Origin: Candidatus Saccharimonadota bacterium
GTDB taxonomy: Bacteria > Bacillota_I > Bacilli_A > Mycoplasmatales > Hepatoplasmataceae
Direction: 5' to 3'
Assembly (NCBI GenBank): GCA_027925325.1
Contig: AP027133.1
Location: 420,001 to 452,000, forward strand
DNA: 32,000 bases
Under the pieces are notes generated by a model that saw only the letters and a list, made by a program, of their open reading frames with translations, made no database searches and had not been told where the DNA came from. This document shows, piece after piece, positions 29,401-32,000 of the stretch. A program made the translations under genes and the position numbers. Within the stretch, counting starts at the first letter, position 1. Every line of letters begins with the position of its first letter.

Positions 29401-31309
29401 TTAAATAAATATCCTCCAAACCAAACTCAACATTATCTTCAATTCATCTTCTTCTTATATCGACATCTTGACCCATCAATATCTCAATTATCTTTTGTGC
29501 TGTTTCTGTATTTTTAACTTGAATCAATGTTCTTGTTTTAGGATTCATTGTTGTTTCCCATAATTGCTCATAATTCATCTCACCCAAACCCTTATATCTT
29601 TGTATTTCATAATTAACAATTTTATCTGTTTGTGATTTTAATTCATTTAATGATCATGCATATGAAAATTTTTTGTCACTTTTGTTTGTAATTTTAAAAA
29701 GCGGCGGAAGAGCAATATAAACCCTTTTATCATTGATTAAATCTTCCATAAAATTATAAAAAAAAGTTAATAATAAAGCTTGAATATGAGCACCATCGGT
29801 GTCGGCATCGGTCATGATGATTACTTTTCCATAATTTGATTTAGAAACAGAAAAATTATCAGCAAACCCTGCACCGATCGAATTAATGATTGTTGATAAT
29901 TCATCATTTGCCACAATTGATTTTAATGTTGCCTTTTCAGTATTAATGATTTTACCTTTTAATGGAAGGATAGCTTGAATTTTACGATCTCTTCCTAATT
30001 TAGCACTTCCTCCCGCTGAATCTCCTTCGACAATGAATAATTCACGCTCGAGCGGATTTTTTGATTGGGCTAATACTAATTTTCCTGCAAATGATTTCTT
30101 TGCTTTTATATTTAATTCTCGTGTTACTTGTCGAGCTTTTTTTGCTGCTTCTCGCGCTTTTTTTGCCGCATATGCATACTTAATAATCTCTAATGCTTCT
30201 TTTTTATTTTGATATAAATAATCCTTAATTACTTGATATAAGTTTTTTTCAAAAAAATTACGAATCACCGGAGAAGCTAATTTTGTTTTTGTTTGCCCTT
30301 CAAATTGAACAATTGATTCAACCAAATAAACAGAAATAATACAATAAATCCCTTCACGAACATCTTGTCCGTCTAAATTTTTACCATTCTGTTGTAATTT
30401 TTGCTCTAATGCATATTCATTAATTGCACGAGTAAGAGCAATTTTAAAACCAGCTTCGTGTGATCCACCATCTAAAGTTGGAATATTATTTGCAAAAGAA
30501 ATAATATTTTCATAAATTGATTTTGTATAACAAAAGGCAATATTAGCTTTCACTCTTTTATCTGTATTTAATTTAAAATTTGCAATACTTGTAAATTTTA
30601 TTTCACCTTTTGTTAATTCTTCAAGATAAGAAGTAAGACCTCTAGGAAAATGAAAGACAAATTGATCCTCATTTTTTTGATCATAATATTCAATTATAAG
30701 ATTTGGATTTAAATAAGCAACTTCTTTAATTCGCTCAATTATCTCATGAGAATTAAAATTTATCGTTGAAAAAATATTTTTATCAGCCTTGAATTCAATC
30801 TGTGTTCCGGTTTGATTTGTATTTCCTAATATTTTTAATTTACTTATGCTTTTTCCGCCGTTTTTAAAATCAATTTGATATTCTTTATGATCTTTTCAAA
30901 CATTAACAATTAAATATTCAGAGAGCGCATTTACAACCGAAGCCCCAACCCCATGTAAGCCCCCAGAAATTAAATAACCAGAATTTTTACCACCAAATTT
31001 CCCACCAGCATGAAGGATAGTAAAAATCGTTTCAATTGTTGTTTTATTTGTTTTTGGATGGATATCAATCGGAATTCCTCTTCCGTTATCTCTAATGATG
31101 ATAGAATTTTTTTTTGTAAGTGTTATTTTAATTTTATTGGCAAACCCAGCAAGATATTCATCGACAGAATTATCAAATATTTCTTTAAATAAGTGATGTA
31201 ATCCTTTTGCACTAGTATCACCTATATACATTCCCGGACGTTTCCGTACAGCCTCTAAATTTTCAATTACTTCAATTGAATTTGCATTATAATCCTTTAT
31301 TTTTTTCAT
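29390..31309 (-). CDS. parE: DNA topoisomerase IV subunit B (639 aa)
   Basis: GHKL ATPase N-terminus ([43 protein letters not shown]), Toprim EGDSAGGSA and [12 protein letters not shown], and C-terminal [20 protein letters not shown]. Fragments 30896..31309 and 29654..30553 are in frame. Stop is TAA 29390-29392, overlapping the parC start by 11 nt. Confidence 0.88.
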
Positions 31310-31320
31310 ATAAACTCAAA

Positions 31321-31812
31321 CTAAATAAATTTCGCTACTTTATTATTATAAAAAGATTTATTAATTAATATTAATAAATAATTAAAATTTCTTACTCTTT
31401 TTTTTAAAAGAGAATCTTTTAAATCAAGATAAAATGATAATAATTGACTTTGATCATCTAAAGTAAATTTTTGCGCATTTTTGCAAGTAAAATAAATTTG
31501 TAAAAAAGAATTAAGATTATTAATATAATCATAGTCCTTATAATAATATTTGAATAATTTTGCAATAAAATTAACTTTATTTGCGGTATCGATCATCAAA
31601 ATTTCTTTTGAAATTAAATCTGCAAAATTTTCTTTTGTACTACTTTTTGTTTCAAGTGCAAAAAGATAATATTCGAAAAAATATTTAGAAAATTTTTCTT
31701 TATAAATAAAATTAATAACATTTGTAATAAAAGATTGTTGATAAAATTTATCATTTTTTTGTAATCATCTTTTAAAATGTTGATCTTTTTTGATCTTTTT
31801 TAGATTATCCAT
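31321..31812 (-). CDS. hypothetical protein (163 aa)
   Basis: The frame runs from ATG 31810-31812 to TAG 31321-31323, and 31600-31812 was checked (one TGA). I recognise no family. Confidence 0.55.
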
Positions 31813-31814
31813 TT

Positions 31815-32000
31815 TTATTTTCGTTTTTTATAAGTTTGACGATTTTTCCCTTTTAAAGCATTCATCGTATTTCGAATCTGCGCTTCTGATGGTTTTCTTC
31901 CCATTGATTGAAACATTGCTCTTATTTGTTGTTCACTGATCGGTGGGTTTTTTTTAATCTGTCTTTCAATCAATTTTTTTGTAATATAAAATGTGAAAAA
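31815..32000 (-). CDS. UPF0154 (YneF-like) small protein, C-terminal 61 codons (gene runs off the window end)
   Basis: FFTFYITKKLIERQIKKNPPISEQQIRAMFQSMGRKPSEAQIRNTMNALKGKN ends at TAA 31815-31817. The NPPI..e..R.M..QMGrKPSe motif is characteristic of the UPF0154 family. Confidence 0.75.
   Translation of the reverse strand, partial: FFTFYITKKLIERQIKKNPPISEQQIRAMFQSMGRKPSEAQIRNTMNALKGKNRQTYKKRK

Noticed and set aside
3620-31192. Plus-strand ORFs in the track: 3620..3829, 10108..10344, 14913..15179, 17901..18107, 21580..21777, 23101..23445, 23701..23919, 27425..27655, 29010..29303 and 31010..31192.
   Set aside because: Each lies entirely antisense to a minus-strand gene that has strong homology or continuous-frame support. 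Their translations are low-complexity F/L/I/S-rich strings, as expected from the complement of K/N/E-rich coding DNA. None has a recognisable motif or ribosome-binding site.
2501-31309. Reading the many adjacent same-frame ORF fragments (permeases, PTS, trxB, parC, parE and others) as pseudogenes or a decaying region.
   Set aside because: All interruptions are TGA only, and several fall at conserved Trp positions. No frameshifts are needed to join the fragments. This is the signature of the Mollicutes genetic code, not of gene decay.
26860-31309. Calling the topoisomerase pair gyrB/gyrA instead of parE/parC.
   Set aside because: The A subunit has ParC-type signatures (PVQRRIL rather than PVHRRIL, and MHGNNGS rather than GQGNFGS) and no GyrA-box in the C-terminal domain. 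Residual uncertainty remains without phylogeny.
1-32000. Search for rRNA, tRNA, CRISPR repeats, IS or transposase genes, integrases, restriction-modification or toxin-antitoxin genes.
   Set aside because: I found none. Intergenic gaps are all shorter than about 120 nt, no spaced direct repeats occur, and no ORF shows transposase, integrase or methylase motifs.

Overview
AT-rich Mollicutes-type (Mycoplasma/Ureaplasma-like) chromosome segment that has to be read with genetic code 4 (TGA = Trp). Each series of same-frame ORF fragments in the standard-code track joins into one intact gene when in-frame TGA is read through. I walked most fragment junctions and 3' extensions codon by codon; the joins in PTS, lgt, parE and trxB rest on frame identity or a faster read. 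This gives 28 protein genes, 27 of them on the minus strand in a nearly gap-free and often overlapping array, with only rpsT on the plus strand. I saw no rRNA, tRNA, CRISPR array or mobile element. In transcription order (right to left): UPF0154/yneF-like (partial), hypothetical, parE, parC, an EzrA-like TM plus coiled-coil protein, thiI, hprK, lgt, trxB, whiA, an ECF-S-like membrane protein, two catalytically dead OppD/OppF-like ABC ATPase homologues, two small membrane proteins, PTS EIICB, a terminator, a GntR/HutC regulator, rpsT (+), a DUF2779 nuclease-like protein, two ABC-2-like permeases, a tandem-NBD ABC ATPase, two more paralogous permeases, engB, a membrane protein, a hypothetical and gpmI (partial). 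The most notable items are: (1) the intact OppD/OppF-like pair that lacks every ATP-binding and hydrolysis motif, one member carrying a ~550-aa coiled-coil insert; (2) the DUF2779 / four-permease / fused double-NBD locus, whose two NBDs are joined through a single TGA codon; (3) a candidate EzrA homologue beside thiI in a wall-less lineage; (4) a HutC-type palindrome and a 19-bp perfect inverted repeat in the PTS leader region. All homology statements are manual motif recognition. No database search or alignment program was run.
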